From a virus (lineage: Duplodnaviria > Caudoviricetes): a DNA stretch of 56,815 bases. The translations under genes and the position numbers were made by a program. This document shows, one piece after another, positions 26,968 to 36,985 of this stretch (position 1 is the first letter of the stretch; each line of letters begins with the position of its first letter). The DNA is taken from IMG/VR virus record IMGVR_UViG_3300033141_001667, positions 1-56,815 of that record; one strand, written 5' to 3'. The notes beneath the pieces were generated by a model. The model ran no database searches, was not told the DNA's origin, and saw only the letters and a list, made by a program, of their open reading frames with translations.

Positions 26968-27240
26968 GATATACAGCTGCGGCATGTATGAAATACATCA
27001 TAGGGCAAGACCGCTACGAGGCGTCAATCAGTGGTGAGAGTCCCGAATATCATTGCCAGTCGATAGAAATCCGGATAGCTGTCTCACGAATTATGTTCCG
27101 GCAGCCTAATAGTAATGCACTCGACTATTAATTGAACAATAGACTTCATCGAGTATATCTCGCCATGTTATCTAAAGATAGAGAACATTCGCAGATATAA
27201 ATTTAGCTACGATTGGTCTATAAGATATAAGAAAGACCCT
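26968..27240 (+). ncRNA. candidate structured RNA or long structured leader
   Basis: No ORF of 60 aa or more; many helices: ACAGCT/AGCTGT, GCGG/CCGC, ATGTAT/ATACAT, CAGTGGTG/TATCATTG, CCGGA/TCCGG, TAATAGT/ACTATTA, TATATCT/AGATATA, ATAGAC/GTCTAT. Confidence 0.5.
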
Positions 27241-27254
27241 TAGGAGGGGATAAT

Positions 27255-27713
27255 ATGAAAGTTCGGAATAGAATGCTCGAACGTGAATATACGCTAAAAG
27301 ATGAGAGGGATCTCCCTGAATCTGAGAGAACAATTTTCAAGATTAAAGGTCTAAGCTATGATTGTCAAGTACGCCTACAATCTCAAATGGCCCCAACGAT
27401 GAAATTGCCTGCTGGGGCAGTTGGTGGCTCTGATGGCGCATGGGAAGAGGCAATGAAGTCCTCAAGCGTGGAAATGGTCCTTTCTGCTGGCGGCGCTGCT
27501 ATGCAGTTCGATATTCTTCAAGAGGGCTTAATAGATGTTATTGGATTGATTGATGCAGATACTGGTGAAGAAGTTCCATTCCCAAAAAATGTTAGTTCTG
27601 CATCAAAAAAGAAAGCTTGGTTTGCATCGTGGCTACCAGAAAATGTTAGAATTGAAATATCTAATGAGATTCAAAAAGGATCTATTTTATCAGAAGATGA
27701 TATAAAAAACTAA
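27255..27713 (+). CDS. tail assembly chaperone (G-like)
   Basis: After the tail tubes; ends at slippery A AAA AAC TAA. Confidence 0.8.
   Translation: MKVRNRMLEREYTLKDERDLPESERTIFKIKGLSYDCQVRLQSQMAPTMKLPAGAVGGSDGAWEEAMKSSSVEMVLSAGGAAMQFDILQEGLIDVIGLIDADTGEEVPFPKNVSSASKKKAWFASWLPENVRIEISNEIQKGSILSEDDIKN
27704..27710 (+). promoter_or_regulatory. -1 programmed ribosomal frameshift site A AAA AAC
   Basis: X XXY YYZ heptamer just before the stop; the -1 frame is open through 28150. Confidence 0.8.
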
Positions 27714-27718
27714 TTACA

Positions 27719-28150
27719 TTGATAGATGTCGTATATGAATCCGACTCTATCTTTCATTCAACCTATTGCGCGGCCAACAAATTCTGTATTCATCCAAAAA
27801 GTCCAAAACCATGTTATACTAAGCTTCCTAATAATCAGGGTTTTGCCATCTCTTTTGAAGGCATTCTTGAAAATAAGCCATGGACAATAAGGACAGGAGA
27901 AGTAATCGTCCCTAACCATAGGGGCGAATACTCTCTTCCTTGGTGTGCTGCTAACATAATTGATCCTCAACATTTCTTATTTCTCAGACTGCACTCTGCC
28001 TACAAAGAGGGCCATCTTCTATTTGAAGGGGGCCTCGCCGATCAACCAGCTATTGTTATTGAGGCTATTGGGATCATTGAATCTGAGATAGCGAGAGTGA
28101 CGGAGAGAAAACAGAAGAAGCAAGAAATGAAGCAAGGAAAGAGGGGTTAA
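27719..28150 (+). CDS. T-segment of the frameshifted chaperone (GT = 27255..28150)
   Basis: -1 frame relative to 27255, no RBS of its own; GHLLFEGGLADQP motif. Confidence 0.75.
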   Translation: MIDVVYESDSIFHSTYCAANKFCIHPKSPKPCYTKLPNNQGFAISFEGILENKPWTIRTGEVIVPNHRGEYSLPWCAANIIDPQHFLFLRLHSAYKEGHLLFEGGLADQPAIVIEAIGIIESEIARVTERKQKKQEMKQGKRG

Positions 28151-28587
28151 TGAAAATCTCAGAAATTTTAGAGAACGGTGATGGGGGAGATACAAAAGAA
28201 ATCAAGAGAACTTATGACTTAGTCTACAGTTCTAATGCCCACAGAAATATTCATGCAAGAGTCTGGAAGGAGCTGCCTGACGGCCTGATTAAAGCTCGGT
28301 TGAGCAAAATCACACGGGATCGTCATGGCGGCTTTATTGATGTTAATATTGTCGGAACAATCTTAGACGGAGAACGAGATGTCTCTAGGCTAATTGACGG
28401 AGAGAGAACAACTGTATTTGTTCCTAAATACAGGACAGAAACAATCACCAAAAGAATTACAGCAAAAGGCGTCATTCCGCATTTGATCAGGCTCCGCCTT
28501 GTAAATGTTGACGATGATTATAAGTATGATCATATGAAGGGTGCCCATCCTCGCTTACCATCCAAAGATACCGATGAAGAAGAGTAA
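28150..28587 (+). CDS. hypothetical protein between chaperone and tape measure genes
   Basis: 145 aa ORF coupled to the previous stop. Confidence 0.65.
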   Translation: MKISEILENGDGGDTKEIKRTYDLVYSSNAHRNIHARVWKELPDGLIKARLSKITRDRHGGFIDVNIVGTILDGERDVSRLIDGERTTVFVPKYRTETITKRITAKGVIPHLIRLRLVNVDDDYKYDHMKGAHPRLPSKDTDEEE

Positions 28588-28628
28588 TACTGACTAGATC
28601 CACCATCCCCGCTTAATCCTCTCATATT

Positions 28629-31600
28629 ATGAATCAAGAACTACTGCTTGTAATTCGAGCACAGAATCTGGCTACTGCGCAGTTAAATCAATTGCGTGGT
28701 GGCCTTGCTGGTATGGGCGCACAAGTTAAAACGGCAACCGCAGCTGCAAGAAGTGCAACAACTTCTTTCTCTGGTTTGTGGCGCACATTTAAACAATTAA
28801 TGCCCATTTTAGGTCTAGTTAAAATATTCCAGGAACTTAAGCAAGCAATTGGTAACGCCACTCGCTCTGCCATAGAATTTGGAGAGGCATTACACAATCT
28901 CTGGACTCTAACGGATATGAACAAGAGCGCGCTAGTTGCTCTTGGCAGTCAGATAAGAGATTTGGCTCGCCAATTCAATGTTACTGGCGTTGAAGCATCT
29001 CGCGCCATGTACCAGATTTATAGCGCCACGTTTTATGCTAAAGATGCCTTTCTTATATTAGAAGAAAGTATAAAGGGCGCTGTCGCCGGACTTTCTGATG
29101 TATTCAATGTAGCAGATATGATGACGACTGTTCTCAATGCCTGGAGAATGGAAGCGGCTGAAACAGCATATGTAAATGACTTGCTTTTCACTACGATCAA
29201 GTATGGGAAGTGCTTAGAAGGTAGTTCTCTTGTACTTTTGAGTGACGGGCGACTAGAGAAGATAGAAAATCTCAGCGACGGCGCACAAGTAGTTGCATTC
29301 GACGGAAAGAAGTTTGTTCCGGTCAATGCTGAATGGGTTGATCAGGGTGTAAAACCAATTGTAAAATTAACAACACGCCTTGGTCGAGAAATCAAAACTA
29401 CCTGGACTCATCCATATTTAACAGAAGATGGATGGAAAAAAGTAAGCAAGCTTTCTGTTGGCGACAAAATTGCCGTACCAACACATTTGCCTTTCTTTGG
29501 GATAAAACATGTGCCGAAAGAAGAAGCCGGGTTCCTTGGATTCTGGATTGCCGAAGGAACTGGAAAAAGTAAAATGCCTGAAGTGTCATCTATAAAATAT
29601 CATAGCGCAGTATCAAAATGGGCTGAGTATTTCGGATGCTCAATAAATGTTGTAAATAACAAATCTTGCGCACATTTACGCATTGTTGGGGACGGCGCTA
29701 AAAACAAGAACAAATGTATGAATTTTTTACGCAAACATAAAATAGACCGCGACGTTTCGATAGATAAACACATTCCCGAAGAAGTATTTACTTGGGATAA
29801 AGAATCAGTAGCGGAACTTCTACATTGGCTATTTAATGGGGATGGTTGGCTATGTAGAGGAGAAGACAATGGCAGGGGATATAACCACAAATTAGGATAC
29901 GGGTCAAAGTCAGAAACGCTTGTAAGACAAATTAATCATCTTATGCTTAAGTTTGGTATCGTTGGCAGAGTTAGAGAAAGAGAATATTCTGAAAAAATAA
30001 TCAACAGTCTAATAAAAGAAAACGATAACAAATATTGGGTTTGGGAATGTAATAAAAGTAAAGATATACGAAGATTCCTAAAGTTTATAGGAATAGATAG
30101 AGAGTTTGCAAAAGAAGCCGCTAATAGGCCATTTGAAGAAAGACGGGATCATGCAAATTCTAAAGTATCTTCTGATGTAGTTCAAGAGATTTGTGCAATC
30201 TATACTTCTGGCGATTACACACAAGAAGAAATTGCAAAAAAATATGGATTATCACAGCAATGCATATCTTTGATTATTAATGGCAAAAGAAGAGGCCCTG
30301 GAATATTCTCTGAGTCTATTGATATCGAATCGCAGTATATATATGATAAAATAGTAAAAATAGAAGAACTTGATGCCGCGCATGTCTATGACTTAGTTGT
30401 GCCAGAATATCAGAACTTCATTGCTTCTGATATAATAGCACACAATACAACTATGTCTGAGCTGGCGCATCAATTTGGCCGCCTCGCGGGCGTGGCGGCT
30501 CCAGCCGGAGCAGCAATATCAGAAATGACTGCTGCTATTGCCACCCTTACAAGACAAGGAATTGCCACGGACTGGGCGATCACGAGTTTGCGCCAAACTC
30601 TCATGCAAACACTTAGACCCGGCGCAGAACTAGCAGAAGTTATTAGAGGACTAGGGTTTGATTCTGGCCGCGCCCTCATTGAAGCGCTAGGATTCGCTAA
30701 TGCTATTCAGTCAATTGGAAAATACGCGGACGCGAATGCCCTGAAGATGGAGAACTTGTTCACCAACGTTCGTGCCGTTACTGCTGTTCTTCCTCTTGCA
30801 ACCACAGCTGCCGGTGAATACAGAAAAGACCTCGCGCGAATGGCTAACGCTGCAGGCACAGCGACAGAAGCCTTTAACAAACAGGCTGAATCATGGGCAT
30901 ATCAACTTGGGGTTCTGAAAACATCCATACAAGACGCAGGCGTTACGATTGGCAGAGTCTTTATACCTGCATTGAAGGCATTGTTAACAGTTTTAAGTAT
31001 TATTTCACAACTATTAGCACATGTAATGAGTGTATTTAACGAAATGGGCGGAGGAATATTTCTTGCTATAGTATCTGGCATTAGCATATTAACTGTTGCA
31101 TTTTGGGGACTCTATAAAGCACTAATTGCAGTGAACAAAATGCTTCTAACAACTCTAACGACGGGTGCTGCTGGGGCTGCCAATATTGGAGCTAAAATTG
31201 GGGCAATGGCATATGGGCTTGGTGCTGGTTCTATGCTCGCGGGGTTCGGTCTTGGCGCACTCGGCATTGGTGGTGTTGCGGCAACAGTTAAAGGACTCAT
31301 TGACTTTAAGCTTGTGCTTGAAACATCTGGCGAAGATGAAGCCAAACTTGCTCTAAAGAGTTCGCTCGAAAGTGTATTTGGGGCTGCCATAGGAGGGGCA
31401 ATCCTAGGGAGCATATTAGGCATTGGAGCTGTTGCTGGCGGAGTTATTGGCCTTGGAGTTATGGCAACTGCAGCATTCACAATATATATTATTCATGAAA
31501 TTAGAAAAGCAGCCGCAATAGAAGCAGAAAGCGTAGCTCAAGCAGAAAGAATAATCAGATTAAACATTGACCTATTGCCAGAATTGATTGCGCCTGGGAA

Positions 31601-34600
31601 AGGGTTTGAAGGGCTTGCCGGACAGATGGCCGCTCTAGATCCTGACTTTGCGAAGACAGAAGATTCGATAGAAAATATGCGGACAGCTTTGCTTAGATTC
31701 TATGAGACCAGTGAAGAATTTAATCAAGCCGGTTTAAGCGGGTTCCGTATTCTTGAGGAATATACTGATATTGGCCTACGTAATTTTGCAGCAGCCATAA
31801 GAGACCTAGGAGAAACATCTGCTTATGTTGAAGGATTTTCTGACTCATTAGATAACTTACAAGCATCGTTTTCTGAAGTTGAAACAACTGCTACTGGAGC
31901 ATTCGGCTCTATTTCAGACGAAATTCAACATCTTGCAGATATTGGTTCATTGATTTCCTTCCCACCGGCCGAAGAAATCCCGTTCAGCAAATTGATGGCT
32001 CCGCTTAAAACATTTAGCGGTGAAACAGCCCGTGCCGCTACCGAATATCAAAAACTAATTGAAGAATTACAAACTGGATCTCCAACGATTGACCGTGCAA
32101 CTCAAATTTATAGCGAACTTGAAGCCGGATTAGAAACATGGACAGAAACACTTAAAGTTGCCACTTTGGCTCAAGATGAAGCTGTTCCTGCAATGCAGGC
32201 GTTAGTTACATGGCTAGAGACTCTTTTTGAAGAAGCGGTTCCGTCACTAGATATACAAGTCCAATATCTAATTGACACATTCAACAATGCCGCAGAGGGA
32301 TCATACGAACAAGCAACAGCCCTTGATGCATTAATCAAGATATACGAGATGTTGACTGGTGCATCTATTCTCCTCACAAAGAATGTAGATGGCGTTGAAG
32401 TTGGATTCCAATATCTTATAGATACTATCATTGAACTCATTCCAGCACTTAGCCAGGCAAACTCTGCATTCCAGCAATTTATAGCAGGACTTCAATATGC
32501 TACTGCCGAAGAGGCGGTTCAAGCCGTTGCTGATATAATTGCAAAGGCAGGGAGCGGAGAATTAAGCATTCAAGATATGCTGTTGGCTGGTCAATCTGTA
32601 GAGTCTATCCGATCCGTGCTTGAGGGCGCTAGAACTGGGGCATACCGAATTGGTGATCTTGTTGCAGCCAGCGGTATAGAAGCAGAATTAGCTAAACTTG
32701 CAACTATGATCGGCAAGACGCCGGAAGAGATTCAAGCAGAACTAGATAAAGCAAAAGCCGCTGCTGATAAGGCATCTAGAGAAGCCGCTACAGAAGCAGC
32801 CAAAGCGTTATCTCTGGCCCAAGAAGCTTTCCGCCAGCAATTCGCAGATCCAATCCTCGATGCCATTACTGGTGGAGATTGGATGGGTGCTGCTGAAGCC
32901 ATCAACGTTATTGCAGCCAGGAAAGACGAGCTAATAGCCGCTGGTGCTGGCTTAGAAATAGACGCATCTGAAGTTCTTGGATTGATCTCTGGAATGCGGG
33001 GCGATTTAATGTCTGCCGTTACTCAAATGGTTGATCTCGGCTATGTGTCTGAAACGGTCGCCAAACAACTAGAAGAATTCTTCTCTCCAACTGTCATCTA
33101 TTCAATGGATCAATTGCGCGAAGGAATAGATGGTCTTAATTTAGAGACTCGCGCCGAACTAGCCAGAGAACTCATCTCAGAACAAGAGCAGTTGATAGAA
33201 GATCTTAAGTTCTTTGGAATGGCCACTGAAGAAGCAGAAGTAACATTAATCAATTTGAGAGCTGCCGCAGAAGGGATAACACCACGAGATATTAATTGGA
33301 AAGATTGGATTGAAAATTTCGAGTTTAAGAATTTAGGCAATAAGATACTTAGTTTATTTGATACTGAAGTTGCGGCAAAAATTAAAGGATTCTTCCTTAA
33401 ATTCGCACCAGAAAATATTCAAGAACTATCAACTGCTCTATTTGAAATACTCCCAGAAGGAATCAAAAATCTTGTCGCCGGATTAGCTAAAGCAGCAAAC
33501 TATGCAGCATCCGGAGACATGTTAAATGCAGGGCTTTCTTTATTAGTTACAATCATTAACACCATCACTACTGCCCTAGAAGAACGCCTTACCGAATTAA
33601 AAGAAATTCTCAATGTCTATATCCAAGCATTCAAATCTGCGGCAGACTTATTAGGAGGTCTTTTTGGGTCTGGATTCTTTGGCACTTTGGCCAAAACAAT
33701 TTTAAATTCATTTGTTGGCGCAATCCAGATGATCGGCAAAGAAGGACAAGATTTAATAAGTGCCGGACTGACTATGTTAATCAATGTTATCGATGGCGTA
33801 GTATCTGCATTTAAAAACCTTATTAGCCAAAGCGATGCCTACGGTGAATTGCAAAAAGAATCTAGCAATGTTTGGAAATCTATTTCAAATTTACTCGGAG
33901 AGTTCTTGTGGCCATTGGTTGCAGCAATTCGTTATGTTCGTGAAATCCTTGGAATGCCAGGAGCTGATAGCGAACAAGGAGCTATGGGATCTCTTAATAT
34001 TCCAGCAGGCTTTAAAACTCTTAGGGCGGCTTGGGATGTTGCGGCAGAAGGGCAAAGAGTTATTGGCGAAGATAAAGAAGTAAAAATTCCAGCATGGGCC
34101 GCACCATTCGGAGAAGCACTCGGAGAGGCAATCATCAATCTCCTTGAAGGATTCGGGATTTCAAGCTGGACGGACATTCTAACTGCAGTACGCGATAAAG
34201 CTAGCGATCTTTGGTCTTGGATAACTGGAAGGCTCCCAGCAATTATGGGCGCGGCTGATTCTATTCTGCGCAGCATAGGTGATTTCTTAGAGCGCAATGG
34301 CCTCACGCTAGACAATATGATCTTAAAAATTCAGGCTGGAATAGACTGGATTATAAGAGAAGGCCCTGGATGGATTACAAATCTTCTTGGTTGGCTTGAC
34401 AAAATAATAGAAGCAATCTATGTTGCCAGAAACTGGCTAATCAATAATCTGCCAACGTGGGAACAATTAAAAGCTGAAATTAATAGATGGATTAATGCTA
34501 TTGGGCAAATGCTTGATTTTACTTCAGTCACAAATGCAATCGATAATATTACCAAAGCTATTGATGGGATGAAGAAAGGCATCATATATGCCCTTGCAAT

Positions 34601-34988
34601 ATCAACTGGAGCGCTTGTTGGCGCATTGGCAGCAGGTCTTATTGGGCCAGTTCGTGTTCCTGTAGGAGCACTAGCCGGTGCAGCGGGCGGCGCATTACTA
34701 ACTTATATATTAGATAGGCTTGGGGTTTTTCATAACGGCGGAATAGTACAAGGTATACCAGGGCAAGAAGTTCTCATTAGAGCCATGCCCGGAGAACAAG
34801 TTTTAACCCCGGCGCAACAGCAAAGTTACGGTAGCAGAGATACCTACGTAACTGGCAACACCTTCATCCTCCCCAACGTAACCGACCCAGAATCTTTCAA
34901 GCGTGAATTCAATAGCATGACGTGGAAAGCTAATCGTAGAGCAAGCGGAAATAGATATGGGACATTAGCCGCAGAAGGCAAGGCATAA
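28629..34988 (+). CDS. tape measure protein (TP901-type core) containing an intein
   Basis: 2119 aa Ala/Gly/Leu-rich helical protein after the chaperones; SRAMYQIYSA, AAIATLTRQG core motifs; C-terminal FHNGGIV.G.PGQEV...PGEQVL. Confidence 0.93.
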   Translation: MNQELLLVIRAQNLATAQLNQLRGGLAGMGAQVKTATAAARSATTSFSGLWRTFKQLMPILGLVKIFQELKQAIGNATRSAIEFGEALHNLWTLTDMNKSALVALGSQIRDLARQFNVTGVEASRAMYQIYSATFYAKDAFLILEESIKGAVAGLSDVFNVADMMTTVLNAWRMEAAETAYVNDLLFTTIKYGKCLEGSSLVLLSDGRLEKIENLSDGAQVVAFDGKKFVPVNAEWVDQGVKPIVKLTTRLGREIKTTWTHPYLTEDGWKKVSKLSVGDKIAVPTHLPFFGIKHVPKEEAGFLGFWIAEGTGKSKMPEVSSIKYHSAVSKWAEYFGCSINVVNNKSCAHLRIVGDGAKNKNKCMNFLRKHKIDRDVSIDKHIPEEVFTWDKESVAELLHWLFNGDGWLCRGEDNGRGYNHKLGYGSKSETLVRQINHLMLKFGIVGRVREREYSEKIINSLIKENDNKYWVWECNKSKDIRRFLKFIGIDREFAKEAANRPFEERRDHANSKVSSDVVQEICAIYTSGDYTQEEIAKKYGLSQQCISLIINGKRRGPGIFSESIDIESQYIYDKIVKIEELDAAHVYDLVVPEYQNFIASDIIAHNTTMSELAHQFGRLAGVAAPAGAAISEMTAAIATLTRQGIATDWAITSLRQTLMQTLRPGAELAEVIRGLGFDSGRALIEALGFANAIQSIGKYADANALKMENLFTNVRAVTAVLPLATTAAGEYRKDLARMANAAGTATEAFNKQAESWAYQLGVLKTSIQDAGVTIGRVFIPALKALLTVLSIISQLLAHVMSVFNEMGGGIFLAIVSGISILTVAFWGLYKALIAVNKMLLTTLTTGAAGAANIGAKIGAMAYGLGAGSMLAGFGLGALGIGGVAATVKGLIDFKLVLETSGEDEAKLALKSSLESVFGAAIGGAILGSILGIGAVAGGVIGLGVMATAAFTIYIIHEIRKAAAIEAESVAQAERIIRLNIDLLPELIAPGKGFEGLAGQMAALDPDFAKTEDSIENMRTALLRFYETSEEFNQAGLSGFRILEEYTDIGLRNFAAAIRDLGETSAYVEGFSDSLDNLQASFSEVETTATGAFGSISDEIQHLADIGSLISFPPAEEIPFSKLMAPLKTFSGETARAATEYQKLIEELQTGSPTIDRATQIYSELEAGLETWTETLKVATLAQDEAVPAMQALVTWLETLFEEAVPSLDIQVQYLIDTFNNAAEGSYEQATALDALIKIYEMLTGASILLTKNVDGVEVGFQYLIDTIIELIPALSQANSAFQQFIAGLQYATAEEAVQAVADIIAKAGSGELSIQDMLLAGQSVESIRSVLEGARTGAYRIGDLVAASGIEAELAKLATMIGKTPEEIQAELDKAKAAADKASREAATEAAKALSLAQEAFRQQFADPILDAITGGDWMGAAEAINVIAARKDELIAAGAGLEIDASEVLGLISGMRGDLMSAVTQMVDLGYVSETVAKQLEEFFSPTVIYSMDQLREGIDGLNLETRAELARELISEQEQLIEDLKFFGMATEEAEVTLINLRAAAEGITPRDINWKDWIENFEFKNLGNKILSLFDTEVAAKIKGFFLKFAPENIQELSTALFEILPEGIKNLVAGLAKAANYAASGDMLNAGLSLLVTIINTITTALEERLTELKEILNVYIQAFKSAADLLGGLFGSGFFGTLAKTILNSFVGAIQMIGKEGQDLISAGLTMLINVIDGVVSAFKNLISQSDAYGELQKESSNVWKSISNLLGEFLWPLVAAIRYVREILGMPGADSEQGAMGSLNIPAGFKTLRAAWDVAAEGQRVIGEDKEVKIPAWAAPFGEALGEAIINLLEGFGISSWTDILTAVRDKASDLWSWITGRLPAIMGAADSILRSIGDFLERNGLTLDNMILKIQAGIDWIIREGPGWITNLLGWLDKIIEAIYVARNWLINNLPTWEQLKAEINRWINAIGQMLDFTSVTNAIDNITKAIDGMKKGIIYALAISTGALVGALAAGLIGPVRVPVGALAGAAGGALLTYILDRLGVFHNGGIVQGIPGQEVLIRAMPGEQVLTPAQQQSYGSRDTYVTGNTFILPNVTDPESFKREFNSMTWKANRRASGNRYGTLAAEGKA
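29211..30446 (+). mobile_element. intein (412 aa, residues 195-606) with a LAGLIDADG homing endonuclease and an extra HTH
   Basis: YGK|CLEGSSLVLLSDG; block B TTWTHPYLT; LGFWIAEG and LHWLFNGDG; VYDLVVPEYQNFIASDIIAHN|T. Confidence 0.95.
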
Positions 34989-36599
34989 ATGAGAGCAACC
35001 ACAGGTGGAGAACTCACACTTCTACATACCCCACAAAGATCTGAAGCTGCCAAGATAGAGATTATCAAGGCTGGGAATACAACTAATGTATCTTCTCGTG
35101 TTCTAAGTGCTACATGGAATCTATCTGCCGACCATCGAGTTGCTGATGGTAGCGTTACTTTCAAGGACGAATATACGGTCTATGCCACTACATCTGCCCT
35201 TAATCCACTGGTTGAAGGTTCTACATACAATACCGTAGATACTGCTTATAGTCCGTTACTTTGGCCAAATAGCGATATCAAGATTTATGTTGGTGTTGAT
35301 ACACTAGGCTCAGATGCCGCCGACAATCTCAAACTGGTTTTTCACGGTGTTCTTGGAGATGAAATAACTCCAAGTTATGCGCCAAATAATCGCTCTCTAA
35401 CTGTACAATTTAGAGATCAAGCTAAAAGACTTCAACAACATTTCATAATTGGAGAATACGTCTACGGAGATGAGGATGGGACTGCCGCTGTTGCTATTAT
35501 TCAGAGCATCCTAAATGATTGCTTTACAACAGATACATCATCTCCTGATTATAAGAAACTTCATGTAGATTCATCTGCATATACTAATTGTAATCTTGTT
35601 GTCTACCCGATGAAAATCGGCAATATGTCTTGTTGGGATGCTATCAATAAAGTTATAGCCTGTGCTGCTAATGATGACATGGGATTTGAATTGAGATATC
35701 GTTATCTTCCAGATGGAGATACCTCAACTAAAGATAGTGAAGGCAATATTATTACAACTTCTGGTGAGGGATTTCATCTTTGTTTGCTCGAAATTGATCA
35801 ATCTAATACGTCTGCAGATGATACATTCGACGCTGGGACTGACGAAATTGCCAATGAATCGATCACTATTTCTGACGATACGATAAGAAACTCTGTGTAT
35901 GTTAAATATGTAGACAGAGACACCAAAGAAGAGATGACAATCCATCGAGACGACAGAGCCTCAATAGATCTTTATGGAATTAGAGATATGCAAATTGGCC
36001 AATCAGATGTCCCATTTATTGATACCTATGAAGAGGCTTGGGATTTAGCCGGGGTTGCTTTAAATGCATTAAAAGATGTTCCCGGCACAGATAAATTCAC
36101 GACTCAACTAGCTTATCATATTGAGCCTAATGATTTATTAGGAATGGTTAATGCCCAGATGTTTACCGGCACTGATAAGATGGGCGTTACTGATATCCAA
36201 TTCAACATAAAGTGTGGCGGTGGAACGACTACTCGGCAAGGCTTTTCAATGACTGTAACTGGTATTAGAGATCGCATTACTGGTTCTCGTATTGGATTCT
36301 TGTCAATGACTGGAGAAAGTGGCCATCAATATGAATTACCACCGGACATCGTTGATGGAACCGGCAGGAGCGAATGGGGCGTAGACGAGCAAGGTAACGC
36401 TAATACAGAAACCGTACTAACCATTCCGGTGCCGCCTAATATCCAATATGATCTGATTGAATGGATGTATGCAATTAGAGGGGAAGATCGTTGGAGAAAA
36501 GAGATAACAACATCGCCAGATCTAACAATAATGGGATTGCCACCGGGAAAAACATTGGTATATTTACACAGATTCAGACTCAAAGGAGAAGAGAGATAA
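34989..36599 (+). CDS. tail tip/hub protein with a partial C-terminal FN3 domain
   Basis: Follows the TMP; VFHGVL, FRDQAKRL, DDTIRNSVYVKY, SIDLYG.R motifs. Confidence 0.7.
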   Translation: MRATTGGELTLLHTPQRSEAAKIEIIKAGNTTNVSSRVLSATWNLSADHRVADGSVTFKDEYTVYATTSALNPLVEGSTYNTVDTAYSPLLWPNSDIKIYVGVDTLGSDAADNLKLVFHGVLGDEITPSYAPNNRSLTVQFRDQAKRLQQHFIIGEYVYGDEDGTAAVAIIQSILNDCFTTDTSSPDYKKLHVDSSAYTNCNLVVYPMKIGNMSCWDAINKVIACAANDDMGFELRYRYLPDGDTSTKDSEGNIITTSGEGFHLCLLEIDQSNTSADDTFDAGTDEIANESITISDDTIRNSVYVKYVDRDTKEEMTIHRDDRASIDLYGIRDMQIGQSDVPFIDTYEEAWDLAGVALNALKDVPGTDKFTTQLAYHIEPNDLLGMVNAQMFTGTDKMGVTDIQFNIKCGGGTTTRQGFSMTVTGIRDRITGSRIGFLSMTGESGHQYELPPDIVDGTGRSEWGVDEQGNANTETVLTIPVPPNIQYDLIEWMYAIRGEDRWRKEITTSPDLTIMGLPPGKTLVYLHRFRLKGEER

Positions 36600-36600
36600 T

Positions 36601-36984
36601 ATGGCATTACTTAAAGCATCAGGAGAAAATATATTAACAGATGCAAGTCTTGCTGCGTCGGCCACGACTGTTGCTAGCAGTAATGTTGATTTAACTAAAG
36701 CAATGTCTTGGGTTGTTACAGTTACGTTAACATTCGATGCATCTGCAACTGATGGCGCTAGATTAACATTGTGGCCGAATTATGATGGGTCTACAATAGA
36801 TACAGTAGCCTGGGATGACTGGTATTGGCAAATAGATGTGAACGATGCAGGGAATCCTGAGGTTAGAACATCTCCGCCACTCAACGTATCCCCAAAGGGA
36901 TGCAAAGTAAAGCTGGAAAACTTAGATAGTTCTTATGCTATAACCAACATCTCGATAGAGTCCGTAAAACAGACTGCGGGGTAG
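36601..36984 (+). CDS. small virion structural protein
   Basis: 127 aa beta-rich, AAGGAG RBS. Confidence 0.65.
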   Translation: MALLKASGENILTDASLAASATTVASSNVDLTKAMSWVVTVTLTFDASATDGARLTLWPNYDGSTIDTVAWDDWYWQIDVNDAGNPEVRTSPPLNVSPKGCKVKLENLDSSYAITNISIESVKQTAG

Positions 36985-36985
36985 A

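Noticed and set aside
27030-27085. RNase P or raiA-motif RNA
   Set aside because: Only short resemblances (GAGAGTCC, GCCAGTCG); the conserved cores cannot be built.
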